From contig NW_021826261.1 of assembly GCF_006345805.1 (NCBI RefSeq), positions 1-35,696 on the forward strand: a DNA stretch of 35,696 nucleotides. Reading direction: 5' to 3'. Both the position numbers and the translations under genes were made by a program. Numbering within the stretch: the stretch's first letter is position 1; every line of letters starts with the position of its first letter. Of the stretch, positions 11,730 to 23,998 are shown in pieces. The notes beneath the pieces were generated by a model. It was not told the origin of the DNA, made no database searches, and saw only the letters and a program-made list of their open reading frames with translations. Source of the DNA: Octopus sinensis. Taxonomy: Eukaryota.

Positions 11730-12075
11730 GACTGAAAAGCAGCTAATAAAAGAAACTGGACGCTTTTGACAGCAGATAGCTCTAAAAAAATACTATGCAT
11801 CGTATGAAATGACTTTATGAGGAACGAGGAGGCCAGAGGGAGATTAAGCCAACGCCTATTAAGCATCCTCATCAACAAGTTGGTTGGGACATGTAGTAAG
11901 ACTTGTCGATCAAGTCCTTAAGTGGAACCCTCAAGGTCAAAGGCGCAGAGGAAGTCCCTGATGAACTGGCGCTCCGCAATCGATAGGAACCTTCAGTTGA
12001 GAAACCTGTGGTGCAATGATGCACTGACAGTGGCTGCCGGCTGGTCCTGCTGGAGTATTTTGACTTTCGCATGAG
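11730..12075 (+). mobile_element. Decayed RTE-clade LINE 3' fragment
   Basis: LKKILCIV*ND..RNEE, SWLGHVVR and LKWNPQGQRRRG.P..NWR are typical of the RTE C-terminus. Confidence 0.75.
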
Positions 12076-12096
12076 TTATACGTACATGAGCTGAGA

Positions 12097-12420
12097 TGGC
12101 ACTTCGTCGCTATCGACGACGAGGGTTCCAGTTGCTCCGATTAATGGAACAGCCTGCACGTGAAATTAAGGTGCTAGTGGCTGAGCACTCCACAGACACG
12201 TTTACACTTAACGTAGTTCTCAGGCAGATCCAGTGTGAAACAGAATGTAACAAGAGTGGCCTCTTTGAAATACAGGTACCACTCCTCTTTTGCTAGCTGG
12301 GTGAACTGGAACAACGTGAAATAAAGTGAGTGTCTTGACCAAGAGACACAACGCGCCTCCAGGAAACGAACTCAGGACCTGACGATTGTGAGCCGAATAC
12401 ACCTAACCAGTAAGCCACGT
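12097..12420 (-). mobile_element. tRNA-derived SINE, body 2 plus tail X
   Basis: Homologous to 23999-24293; tail shared with 32168-32540. Confidence 0.8.
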
Positions 12421-12666
12421 ACAATCATCATCATCATCCATCCATCTACACATCTACCCACCCACCCACCCATCCATCCATCCATCCATCCATCCATCCA
12501 TCCATCCATACAACCACATATACAAAGTTGTGCGCCATACCCTCGCATGCTCGAATGCATATATATGTCCACCGAGTACAATCAACTCATGTACGACTGT
12601 ACAAGTTCATACATAATAACACGGGCACAGGTCAGAACACGTGTGTGTGTGTGTGTGTGTGTGCAT

Positions 12667-12700
<34 letters not shown>

Positions 12701-12758
12701 CGGCAACGAGAAACTCAGAGTAACAGATTTTGTTGAATTTTCTGCTGCTTAAAATAAA

Positions 12759-12808
<50 letters not shown>

Positions 12809-13109
12809 GGGCACACACATACACATCGCGAATGTAATAAGACGGAAAGTGACATCTTATCTATAATCATTTAATAATAAAAAGAATACTACTGATGATG
12901 ATGATGAGGAGGAGGATGATGTTGACGATGATGATGGTGGTGGTGGTGATGATGGCGTTGGCGGAAGCAATGATTATTAAACGATCCTCTGTTGTTTAGT
13001 GGCTCCAACACATTTTTCTCAAGGACCTCCTAAGAAGGATCTTATCAACATTGGAGCCTAGTGTTACTCTGACGTAGATCGCCTTCCACTAATTATCTCC
13101 CGGTGTGGT

Positions 13110-13298
13110 CGATTTGGCGCAGATAGTAGAGAGCTGCGCCCCCATCTAGAATATATCTAGTTCAAATCCCGCCCGGGTCGAATTGACTTTCTCTTACATC
13201 CCTTCGAGAATTGGTTAATAAAATGTTAATATTTATTTCTTAAGAGTCAATGGCGGTGCCCCAGCATGGCCACAGCTCAAGAGCTGAAACTGGAAAAC
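13110..13298 (+). mobile_element. Degenerate SINE (family B-like body, family A-like tail)
   Basis: GTTCAAATCCC B box, GGTCGA...CATCCCTTCG, and GGCGGTGCCCCAGCATGGCCACAG tail. Confidence 0.6.
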
Positions 13299-13371
13299 AT
13301 AAACATAAATATGAACAAATTAGGTAACTGCTTACCTCCTCATACGACTGATGTTCCCCTTATATATATCT

Positions 13372-13530
13372 TTTATTTGTTTCAGTCAGTAGGCCATGCC
13401 GGAGCACTGCCTTTAAGAATTTTTAGTCGATCGAACCGGTCTTGGTACTTATTGTTTTCAAAACCTGATACTTATTCTATCGATATCTTTTACCGAACCG
13501 TTAAGCAGCCGTGGGGGATGAACACAGATA
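13372..13530 (-). mobile_element. SINE family A 3' fragment
   Basis: Matches the 3' half of 23305-23848. Confidence 0.7.
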
Positions 13531-14117
13531 CAAAGACACGCGCACACACACACGCGCGCGCGATTAATCCTGGTCGTGTTGGTTCATTGTTTTTCTCTTT
13601 GCTTTCGTAAAAAAAGTATTAAAAATATATTTACCGTCATGGAGATTTTTATAGTAGGAGAAAATGAATTTTTAACTCCTATTTCTAATTTCCGTGTGTG
13701 GTGAAGCAGTTAGCTGAACTCTAATTATAATTATGTCGATAATTTTACCTATAAAGGTTATTTTAACGTACCGATCTACTAGGTAAAATTGTTAATTAAT
13801 TGATTAATTAATTAATTAATTTAATTAATAAATTTTACCCTTCTATTATTAATTTGATCTCTCTCTCTCTCTATATATATATATTACAAACAAAACACAC
13901 ACACGATACATATACATACACGCACACACACACATACCTCTTTGTTTTTGACCTGTGGCTGGACACAAAAAACACCACTCCTTATTCTTACATACTGGCC
14001 TGCTACTAGCCAGTTGTTCGCCATACACACATACACACACACACACACGTGTCATCATTGCACACATACACACACACGCGCACACGCAGACCTCCGCGCA
14101 CGCACACATCCACACAC

Positions 14118-14425
14118 ATTCCCCCTCTCACTTTCTTTACTATACTGTCTTTGAAAACTCTCCTGTCTTTAAAAAAACATTATTCTTCCACCTTTCTACT
14201 TCCGGTCTTTCAATATGTGACCTCGTGAGTACCACTGGCGATTTTTTTCCTCTGTCTTCCCTTCTCGGGATCTTTCCTTCTCCTATGTTTCCGACGAAGA
14301 GCTCCGCTCGAAACGTTAAACCCTCCTTCTTCCCTTCTTTCCTGAGCGTCCAATAATACTTTATTTGTTCCACGTCCTCTCGTTGTTGTGTTGTTTTTTT
14401 TGTGTTTTCTTGTTTGGATCCACTG
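14118..14425 (+). mobile_element. Penelope-like pseudo-LTR-type repeat with hammerhead motif, copy 2
   Basis: Homologous to 1543-1730 from about 14237; the upstream extent is uncertain; next to a PLE coding remnant. Confidence 0.65.
14287..14321 (+). ncRNA. Minimal hammerhead-like motif (CCGACGA core)
   Basis: Stem I GUUU/AAAC, CCGACGA, extra A, stem II GAGC-UCC-GCUC, GAAA, palindromic AACGUU with a GUU triplet. Confidence 0.55.
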
Positions 14426-14509
14426 TATATATATATTATATATATATATATATATATTAATATATATATAGATATATATATATATATATATACTTTTGAA
14501 TAATTCAGC

Positions 14510-14850
14510 ATTTTTTTTAGCAGTTTACGTCAAATCCTGAATTTACAAATGAGACGAACACCACAAAATTAGCAGTTCTCGATGTAAGAGTAATTAGGAA
14601 TAACACTCAAATCACAAGGAATATGTAACCAGAGGTGCACGTTAGTGTCTAAGCTTCAAATCATGACATCCAGCACACATAAAACATAACATGCCACACT
14701 GTCTAGTCAGAAAAATTGGTGCCGTTGTTGATGTAGTAAATACCAAAAACGATCCGAAACTCTAAAATTTCTTTTTATACTCTAACAAAAGCTATCCACT
14801 CATCCTTATACAAAATGACATTGATAACGAAAAGCAAATACCTATGGAAT
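14510..14850 (+). mobile_element. Decayed Penelope-like RT C-terminal fragment
   Basis: EFTNETNTTKLAVLDVRV, FKS*HPAHIKHNMPHCLVRKI and YPLILI match the PLE pattern LxFLDV / SxHPxHxKxNIP / YP. Confidence 0.75.
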
Positions 14851-15029
14851 AGATAATTGCATGTGTGTGTGTATGTGCGTATGTGTGTACATTTGAGGCT
14901 GTTTTCTTTTTACATTGTTGTTATTACGATCGGTCCGAAGACATACATGACCGTATGAACATGAAACTTCTACATATGTTAGACTGAGGAAAAAGTTCGT
15001 GCGCCGAATGTGTACCGAATTGTCGCGCC

Positions 15030-15427
15030 ATCAACGCTGAACTTTGCTGCGAGCAACGTGATCGAGTCTGCGATGCGCTGGTTGAAAAGAACCCAAGACT
15101 CGTTCGTCAAAAACGCGCTTTGTTTCAACACGACAATGCAAAACTGCATCTTTCCAGAAAGACCAGCAACACAGTTGAAGAATTGGACGGTGTGGAAGTT
15201 CTGCCGCATCCAACCTATAGACCAGACCTTGCTCCATTTGACTACGGTTTCTTCCCATCAATGCCTTTATGAAAGGCCGCCGATTTGAGTCATTCGAGGA
15301 AGTTGAAGAAGTCTGTCAAGAATTTTTCGATTCAAAGCCGAAGGATTTGTGCTTTGACCAAATCCGAAAGCTTGCAAATCGTTTGCAGAAGGTGATGGAA
15401 AACGATGGCCTTAATTTTGAAGAATAG
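15030..15427 (+). mobile_element. Mariner transposase C-terminal fragment (pseudogene)
   Basis: FQHDNAKLH...EVLPHPTYRPDLAPFDY...L..R.QKV.ENDG..FEE*; frameshift near 15265. Confidence 0.9.
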
Positions 15428-15917
15428 CTGTTGTTGCTTTTGATAACCGACTCAAAGAAATAAATGGTAGAAAAAAAAACAGGAAACTTTATTTAAAATT
15501 CACATTTACTTAATCGTTTAGGAACGAGATTATGTAAAAGAACCCGCGTGGTTGCTTGCTTAACCTCCTAGAAATAGCAGCGAAATATTCATCAAATTGC
15601 ACCTCTACCGCAGGATCACATGCTGCATACGATAAAAAAAAAACATGCTTATTTTTCATCAATGCTGGATGTAGCACAACGGGAAATATCGGCACTATCT
15701 ACACAAGGGATCACACACAATCTTATTGCACTGCAGGATTGCATTTCATTTAAACGAGATCCTACGAGACAGCATGCTAAAAATGTACCATACAGCAGAA
15801 GATCATATTTTTACTAACATATATCAATTGAGCAATACATACATACATACATACATACATACATACATAACATACATACATATATATATATATGTTATAT
15901 AATGTTATATGTATATG

Positions 15918-15968
<51 letters not shown>

Positions 15969-16195
15969 TGAATAATGACTAATAGTACGTACATTATTAT
16001 TATAATAATACCTAATTCAACTGAATCTTAATAATTCTCTCTCTTTCTCTCTGTCTCACTCTCACTTACCCTCTCTCTGTATATATATATATATAAGCAT
16101 ACAGGCATACAGATAGATAGATAAATAGCTAGATAGATAGATTGATAGATAGATAGATAGATATATTGATAGATAGATAGATAGATAGATATATT

Positions 16196-16273
<78 letters not shown>

Positions 16274-16299
16274 TAGTTCTATATATGGTTTAAAAATAA

Positions 16300-17810
16300 A
16301 AACCCAAATCAGATCCTCTCAGAGAAAATGGTCTGTCTGCAAGTTCCACACAAAAAAGGTGTCTGATAGCATGGAGAGAGTGGGGCAAACCGCCGCTTTG
16401 CGCACCCAGCGCAGGAGCAGAATTCATCACTTACCCGACGAAAGAAACAACTACACTTGGGAAAATCTATAGCCCAGCACAAACCTGCAGAAAGGAAGGC
16501 CAGACAGAAGTCATATGCAGATGCAGTACAAGCTGCAGTCGTTGAGCTGCAACATTTTAAAAATGTGGCATAGGAAGTAGTGCAACGGTTCTCATGGATA
16601 CAGACAAAATTGAGCTATGTACCCACGCACACAAGACCGCCACATCTGATTGGACCCCGGTTGGCCACCACTGGCACCAAGCCACCCATCATACCAACAC
16701 CAACGCCATTTCTACTCATAAATAAAAGGGGACTACTACTGAACGACAGCAAATGCGAAATTGCGCACCTGAAGAATTTTTCTGCATGTAATCAAGCTAC
16801 ATGCATTGCACTTACAGAAACACACCTGTCTGCAGACATAAACGATGCAGAGATACACATACCAAGGGATGCTGTCTTCCGTACAGAAAAAAGAAAATTA
16901 AGTCACGGTGGAGCTGCAATGTACATCCGTGAGGATGTGACACCATTAACCCTGTTATCGGACTCGAACTCGGTGTGTGACACACACATCGTACATCTAA
17001 TGCAACTTGATATGGTGATATGCACACTATATCGCCCACCTGATGCCTCAAATCATGATGGGAAATTTGAGGAAAGCCTCAGTGCAATAAAGGAAGCACT
17101 AACACAACTGGATCAACGTACTACTTTATTCCTGATGGGTTCCTTCAGCTTCCCCAACATCAGGTGACCTGAGAGCAACATAACCTCAGGAAGGAAGCAC
17201 AAAGAGCGAAATCAAGCAGAATCTTTACTTGATCTTAGGAAAATGCTATTCATGGAGCAGATCATACTCTCTCCAGCCAGACACAAAGATATCTTGGACC
17301 TATGTTTTAGAAATAATGTGGAAATTATCCGCAACGTAAATATATCACCATAACATGATATAACAGACAATGTATGGCCCGGAATTAACTAAAGATAAAC
17401 TCCGCACAGATGGCACTCGAACCCTGTGCAGCCTAAATTTCTATAAGTCTGACTGGAAGTCACTTGAAAAACAGATACTCCAGCAGGACTGACGTAAAAG
17501 CCTCTCTATGCAAGAGATATGACACTCAATAAATTCATGTCAATAATGCAAGCCATTAAATATGTCCCAGAGAAGAGAACCAGTACACACAAAAACCTTA
17601 GAGATCTACATGGTGTTCATTGTGGAACGTCTGGACAGGTTTCTATCTGAGATAACAGATGAACCCATATTGCAGCAGGAGACGCAGAGAAGATCAGTTC
17701 CGTCCAACTCGCTACTTCACAAAAGACAATACCAGAAACAACAACAGGTAACAACAGGTGGTGCACTAGGATGACCGCAGCCCTGTGCTGAAACAAATAA
17801 AATTTAAAAG
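16300..17810 (+). mobile_element. Internally deleted CR1-group LINE (CCCH-type ORF1 remnant, APE endonuclease, 3' end; no RT)
   Basis: CKFH...FAHP; INKRGL, ALTETHL, HGGAAMY, LYRPP, MGSFSFP, LDLCF; then C-terminal RLDRFLSEITDEP...SNSLLH. Confidence 0.8.
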
Positions 17811-17874
17811 AAAAGATAACCCCCCCCATATATATATATTATATATATATATATAATATTATATATATATATAT

Positions 17875-18215
17875 AAATTAACAGAATGAGATAAAAATCC
17901 AAGGCTGTGAAGATTTCAGAACATTTATAAATAGGTCTTACAGCTGTTTCCGGGATATTTTATATATCCCTTCATCGGAGACGGTGTGAGAAAATGGTTA
18001 AGCAATAGTTAATTTAGGTAAGATGTGAAATAGAGAGTGGAGTGGAGGAATGAAAATAGACGTGAGATATGCAGGGATTATGTATCTGCAGTTCCATTAT
18101 TTAGGCAGAATGGTATACATATAAGATTCCTGTACCTTGTAAGTCCCAATACTGTTTAAAATTGGTCATTCCAAGCATAGAGTTTGTAGACGGTGCTATT
18201 GAATCGAAGGTTTTT
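17875..18215 (-). mobile_element. Penelope-like pseudo-LTR-type repeat, second family
   Basis: Hammerhead motif followed by ATAAA and a T-rich tail ending in (TA)n; flanked by microsatellites. Confidence 0.5.
17935..17982 (-). ncRNA. Minimal type I hammerhead ribozyme motif with palindromic stem III
   Basis: Minus strand reads GUCU-CCGAUGA-A-GGGAUAU-AUAAA-AUAUCCC-G-GAAA-C-AGCU-G-UA-AGAC: 4-bp stem I, 7-bp stem II, palindromic ACAGCUGU, GUA triplet. Confidence 0.7.
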
Positions 18216-18228
18216 TTGAAGTATATAT

Positions 18229-18284
<56 letters not shown>

Positions 18285-18330
18285 ACACACACACACACTC
18301 ACACATATGTGTGAGTGTGTGTGTGTTTCT

Positions 18331-18497
18331 TCGATTTCCAGACTGGTCGGTGCATTGTGTTCTTGAACAATACACCTAGTGTTGACCTGCTCACCTAGCC
18401 AGTATAGTGTCATCATTTGATGGCTAAAATGATGCAAAGTGCATTGTGACCAGCGACGTGTAACAGTATCTGATAGTCTGGTTGGTCACGTGTGATA
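18331..18497 (+). mobile_element. SINE fragment, body 2 remnant plus tail Y
   Basis: TTGTGTTCTTGAACAA followed by a tail matching 33530-33643 (GCATTGTGACCAGCGA...TGGTCACGTG). Confidence 0.7.
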
Positions 18498-18597
18498 AAT
18501 ATATTTATTTATCATATATGTTATACATATTATATATATACGTATTCATATATGCACACATATATAATATATTCGTATATATCTATACATCTGTATA

Positions 18598-18635
<38 letters not shown>

Positions 18636-18699
18636 ATATACATAGATACATGCATATACATATATTTGTGTGTGTGCGTGTATGTGTGTGTGTGCACGC

Positions 18700-18905
18700 G
18701 CGTCCGAGTGTATGTGTGATTGCGTGTGCTTGTAGCCCCACCGACTGTTTATGCCTCTGCAACTTAGCGGTTTGAGCAAAGAGCCCAATAAAATATGTAA
18801 CAGACTTTCAAAGCAAACAAGTAGTAAGGTTAATTTGTTTGTCTAAATCCTCCATGACTCTCCTCCAGCATGGCCGGCGCCCAAATGACTGATGAAAGCA
18901 AAAAC
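18700..18905 (+). mobile_element. Degenerate SINE family A 3' half
   Basis: AACTTAGCGGTT...AAAGAG...CTCCAGCATGGCC...AAATGACTGA. Confidence 0.6.
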
Positions 18906-19150
18906 CAGAAAAGTAACACAAATGCAGAATTTCTTCCCGTATTTGAAGTAATATTTACTGTAGACATTTTGCAGCACTTTTCGTTACCTTTTCAAACTTG
19001 TTCCAATAATATCTGAATTCTTTGTCAGAGACAACTTCCACCAAAACCCCTACCTCTATCCCCCCCCCCAAAAAAAATAGACGAATACATCGTTCTTATA
19101 AGAAATATAAAAGGCAGATTTTTGAATTGACTGCGAACTGGAACTAGTAC

Positions 19151-19377
19151 ATTTCTTTACTACCCGCAAGGGGCTAAACACAGAGGGGACAAACAAGGAC
19201 AGACAAACGGATTAAGTCGATTACATCGACCCCAGTGCGTAACTGATACTTAATTTATCGATCCCGAAAGGATGAAAGGCAAAGTCGACCTCGGCGGAAT
19301 TTGAACTCGGAACGTAACTGCAGACGAAATACGGCTACGCATTTCGCCCGGCGTGCCAATGTTTCTGCCAGCTCGCC
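19151..19377 (-). mobile_element. tRNA-derived SINE family B, monomer
   Basis: Minus strand: GGCGAGCTGGCAGAAAC head, GAGTTCAAATTCC B box, CTTTCATCCTTTCGGG core, AAAGAAAT end. Confidence 0.9.
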
Positions 19378-20029
19378 GTAGCTAAAATATTCTACAGCCA
19401 TCTTTAAACCATATCGGTCACCATCTTGACTGGAGTTCGGTTATACAGAACTGTTTTTATTTTATGTTGTGTTGTGTTACACTTCAAGAACAAAAACATA
19501 ACTACCATTGATTTTTTTTTCAATCTGCGGTTGTCGTTTTCGATGTGAAGCATTGAATATCAGTTAAGAAGACTATCAAAAGTTATTCATTCTCATTTAA
19601 CAAAGAATATCGCTAGGGGAGGGCACCAGCTTCGTATGAACATTATTGTACATGACATATCCTGTCTTCTCAAAGCTGGGTACCTCACATACTGTACAAA
19701 TGCCAAATATCATATAAGTAAGAAGATCCGTGTGTCGCTCGTATAAAAGAAATAACTGGCTCGTTTACAATGCCATTCCATATTTTTTTGTTTCTTTCTT
19801 AAAATTCGGGTTGTCTGTACCACAAGGCATTGCCTATAAATGTCATGCGTTTGCCAAAATTAAACGTAGAATCTGTGACAAATCTTTTAGGCAAAGTTTG
19901 GTGTTGGCTGACATTTCAGCTCTGACACCAGATAGCTGCAGCTAATGAGGAATCTTGGAAGGAAAAGAAAAAAAAAATCGCGACCTGACTTAACAGAATC
20001 TTTAGTCTGAAATGTTTCTCAATATATTA

Positions 20030-20410
20030 AGACGCAGGCGTGGCTGTGTTGTAAGAAGTTTGCCTCCCAGCCACATGGTTCCCGGTTCAGTTCCTTTGAG
20101 TGGTACCTCGGGCAAGCGTCTTTTACTATAACCTCGGGCTGACCAAACCCTGTGAGTAGACTTGATAGACAAAAACTGAAAGGCGCTTGTCATGTGTGTG
20201 TGTGTGTGTGTGTATGTTTGTCCCTCACCGCTGCTTGATAGCCGGTGTTGGTGAGTTTACGTCCCCGTAATTTAGCAGTTCGGCAAAAGAGACCAGCAGA
20301 ATAAGTACCAGGCTTAAAAATCGTCGATTCGTTCGACTAAAAATTCTTCAAGGCGGTGTCCCAGCGTGGTCGCAGTCTAATGGCTTGATACAACTAAAAG
20401 ATAAAAAACA
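20030..20410 (+). mobile_element. SINE family A, near full length
   Basis: GACGCAGGCGTGGCTGTG head, GGTTCAGTTCC B-box-like motif, internal (TG)n, AAAAGATA tail. Confidence 0.85.
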
Positions 20411-20865
20411 AAAGATATTTAAATCAATGAAGCCGAATAAAAATATTGCTTTCTTTTGATTATGACATAATCGGAAGTTGTGGCTCTCATGCTTTTTCTT
20501 TTCAGCTAAAGTTAAATCTCAATGACCAAGATTTTAAATTCTAACGTAATAGAATCGCCATGAGAATCACCAGTGACTCGCCGCGCTCTTTTCTTAATAT
20601 GCCATGGAAGTTCCTGGTGAACTCCAATTGTGACCTTTTTTTTATGGAGTTTAACATTAGTGTGGTTCAAACTAAATTATTCAAATTTTAGGAAATATAT
20701 ATAACATGTTTCTTTGTATTTCTCCGATGGGTTTTCAATTTAAGTCAATAAAAGCCGAGACAGGACCTGGTAAGGAGTGTACAAGCCACTGTCATCTGCA
20801 TCTTTTGAGTATTGCCTTCAAGAAAAGTCATTTTTGTGGAAAAAGAAGCTTTTCAGGTTTATACA

Positions 20866-21152
20866 ATCCTTTCGACTATAGGCACAAGACCTGAAATGTC
20901 GACCTTGGCGGAATTTGAACTCAGAACGTTGCTGCAGACGAAATACCTATTTCTTTATTACCCACAAGGGGCTAAACACAGAGGGGACAAACAAGGACAG
21001 ACATAGGTATTAAGTCGATTACATCGACCCCAGTTCGTAACTGGTACTTAATTTATCGACCCCGAAAGGATGAAAGGCAAAGTCGACCTCGGCGGAATTT
21101 GAACTCACAACGTAACGCAGACGAAATACCGCTCAGTATTCCACCCAGCGTG
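20866..21152 (-). mobile_element. SINE family B with a head-to-tail partial second unit
   Basis: Junction GACGAAATAC/CTATTTC at 20946/20947 is identical to the junctions in 30952-31542. Confidence 0.85.
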
Positions 21153-21699
21153 ATTTAGGCTTCTATAACATAATCTGAAATATAATCGGCAGAAAAAAAG
21201 AAACAAACAGATAAAAAATCCATAAATGGGGGTATAATGAATATTTTAAAACATTTTAAAGCGTATCACTAGTGACTCATGTGGCACAGAAGGAATATAA
21301 TATCTGTTCTGTACAGTAGGTGTCGCTTGTGATATTCATGCTACAAATCAATGGGGTTGTTTGTATACTGTCTAAGAACATATTTATGGTTAAAGAATTT
21401 AAGAAAATCATAATTTATAACAAAACTATAGCGCTGAAGTAAAAGGAAATATGGCGCAAAATGGGTTTGGTGGGCAAAGTGTTAAACTAGAGAGAAATCT
21501 CAAAATGAAACAGTAGGGTCTTTGGCAATTAGTGATGGTCAGTATTGGAATATATTAAGTTCAATAAGTTCGTAAAATAGAATAAGTTTTTATTAGAATA
21601 TGTAATGAAATGAGCATTAAATAGTTAATTTAAATATTAATTAAGTACAATATTTGTTTAATGACTAATATTTATTTTAATAATTTCGGACAGGATTCG

Positions 21700-21950
21700 T
21701 TCCAATTAAATTTTCGCTTCATCAAACGAAATGTTTCTTTCCTCCCGCTTCTCTTTTCTCTTCCCACTCTTGACTCTCATCTTCTGTAAAGCTGTTTCTC
21801 CACTCTTTGTCTTAGACTAATACTAAAAGGGAGTTTGACCCCCACCCCAAAATCACTGTCTATGCCTTACTCACCGGCAAATCTTCAACATTCATGATTT
21901 GTCTACATCTCAACTCTTAGCTCTTGACATTTCGACAGTCTTTCGAATAC
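21700..21950 (+). mobile_element. Decayed CR1-like RT fragment
   Basis: LLALDISTVF resembles ALDISKAFD, preceded by a ST...LLT-like segment. Confidence 0.45.
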
Positions 21951-21964
21951 CAGCATCAACCATT

Positions 21965-22062
21965 AAATCCACTCACAAGGCTTTGGTCGGCCCGAATAGA
22001 ATAAGACAACTGCTCAAGATGCCACACAGTGGGAAATGAACTCGGAAGCATGTGTTTGGAAA
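21965..22062 (-). mobile_element. SINE family A 5' fragment
   Basis: AAATCCACTCACAAGGCTTTGGTCGGCCCGA is identical to 23714-23744. Confidence 0.75.
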
Positions 22063-22141
22063 TTTAGAAGTTCTCCGAATTACACTAATATCTGTCCCGT
22101 TTACCGCTCAGTACTCCACACCCTATGAATTATGCCGGTAG

Positions 22142-22270
22142 TCTTCTTCTTCTTCTTCTTCTTCTTCTTCTTCTTCTTCTTCTTCTTCTTCTCTTCTTCT
22201 TCTTCTTCCTTCCTTCCTTCCTTCCTTCCTCCCTCCCTTCCTTCCTTCCTTCCTTCCTTCCCTCCCTCCC
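22142..22270. repeat. (CTT)n/(CCTT)n polypyrimidine microsatellite
   Basis: Direct sequence. Confidence 0.95.
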
Positions 22271-23304
22271 AAGGATACGCCGGTCTAAATAGTCGAAAAC
22301 AGCATTTCCTTATTAAAAAAAAAAGCAACAACAACACAGTATTGGGTGGTTTAAGGGAGATTTGGCTGCAGAACGTATCGAACGAACACACCGATGATCA
22401 CTCACTGCAGCGAATGTTTGTAACGACGAGAATTGAAGACGACTAGCTTCTGTCGTCAGAAAACCAATTCATTAAAAGCAAAAAAGAAAAAAGTCGAAAT
22501 GTTTTCGCACCAAAGTATCAGATGATTTTCTCTTGGAAGCACTATTGGCTGGGAAGCGCTGTCAATCGCACTAAAAGAGTTCTATGCAAATGGTATTTTT
22601 CTAAATATTATTGTTTCATTAACTCACATGTAGCTATAACTTTCGGCTAATCCTCCTGTTTTTGCAGAATAATATTTCGTAACAGTTAATGATATTTTCC
22701 AAACGGGAAAGTTATTCTGTTTACAGTAGTTGTTTTAACTAAACTGTCAACACTTTCGTTTTATGTATTAATCAACTCCAAGAGACAGGTGGAATTTATT
22801 GCCAAACCGTACCTACCGATGTCATGCGAAAAATTCCGAAAATGAAATTCTTTTGAATGTTTTGGTTCTGCTCTGTTATGGATTCAGCCACCGATGTTGT
22901 TATTAGTTTCACGTCAGTCTTTCAGTGAATAAAACTAGTCCAAAAAAACAACAAAAATAAAAAAAAACAACAACAACAACCAACCAAACAAACAAACAAA
23001 CAAAAACTACCAGAATATTCCATAATATAAATATACAATTGAAGGTAGCCTTTTTATGGTATTACAGTTTGATATTTGCCAATGAGAGAGCTTCTACGTG
23101 TCCGTTATGCTGCGAAATCTCCCTTAAATTATACGCTGGTGTTTTAAATAAAGAAATGCTATTCTGGACTATGTAATCCGGCGTTCCCATCAAAAGATGG
23201 GAAGATAAATGATGGAAATCTTATCATAAAGGGTTAGACCTGGGGCTATAGAACAGCAGTTTGATATTTGTGAATATAAAGGTTCAGTCGAGAGAAACAT
23301 ATAT

Positions 23305-23522
23305 ACTCTTTACTTGTTTCGGCCATGCTGGAGCACCACCATTTAGTCGAGCAAATCGACCCCAGGACTTATATTGTTGGAAGCCTAGCACTTATTCTAT
23401 CGGTCTCTTTTGCCGAACCGCTAAGTTACGGGGACGTAAATACACCAGCAACGGTTGTCAAGCGATGTTGGGAGGGCAAACACAGACACACAAACATATA
23501 CACACATACATACATACATACA

Positions 23523-23576
<54 letters not shown>

Positions 23577-23589
23577 ATATATAATATAT

Positions 23590-23669
<80 letters not shown>

Positions 23670-23848
23670 CATATACACATATATATATATACACACACAT
23701 ATATATATACGACAAATCCACTCACAAGGCTTTGGTCGGCCCGAGGTTATAGTAGAAGACACTTGCCCAAGGTTCCACGCAGTGGGAATGAACCCGGAAC
23801 CATGTGGTTGGTAAGCAAGCTACTTACCACACAGCCACTCTTGCGTCT
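23305..23848 (-). mobile_element. SINE family A with an expanded internal (TA)/(TACA) tract
   Basis: Head and tail are present around a roughly 220-bp microsatellite. Confidence 0.9.
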
Positions 23849-23998
23849 TTATAAAGTAAACCGATGTCTGTATTAAGACTGTTTCCAACCTGCAAAAACG
23901 CTTTTAATTTGATTAGTCTCCATGGCCCTCTGTGTTAGCAGAAGGCACGAAAAGGAAAACTGTGATATTCGCTTCTTTCCCATTGTAGGGGCGTGTAA

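Noticed and set aside
11955-11990. CTGATGA inside the RTE fragment
   Set aside because: Lies in coding remnant with no stem II or GAAA.
20590-20660. Possible Tc1/mariner WPxxSPDLxPxDFFLWG remnant
   Set aside because: Too degenerate; it needs several frameshifts.
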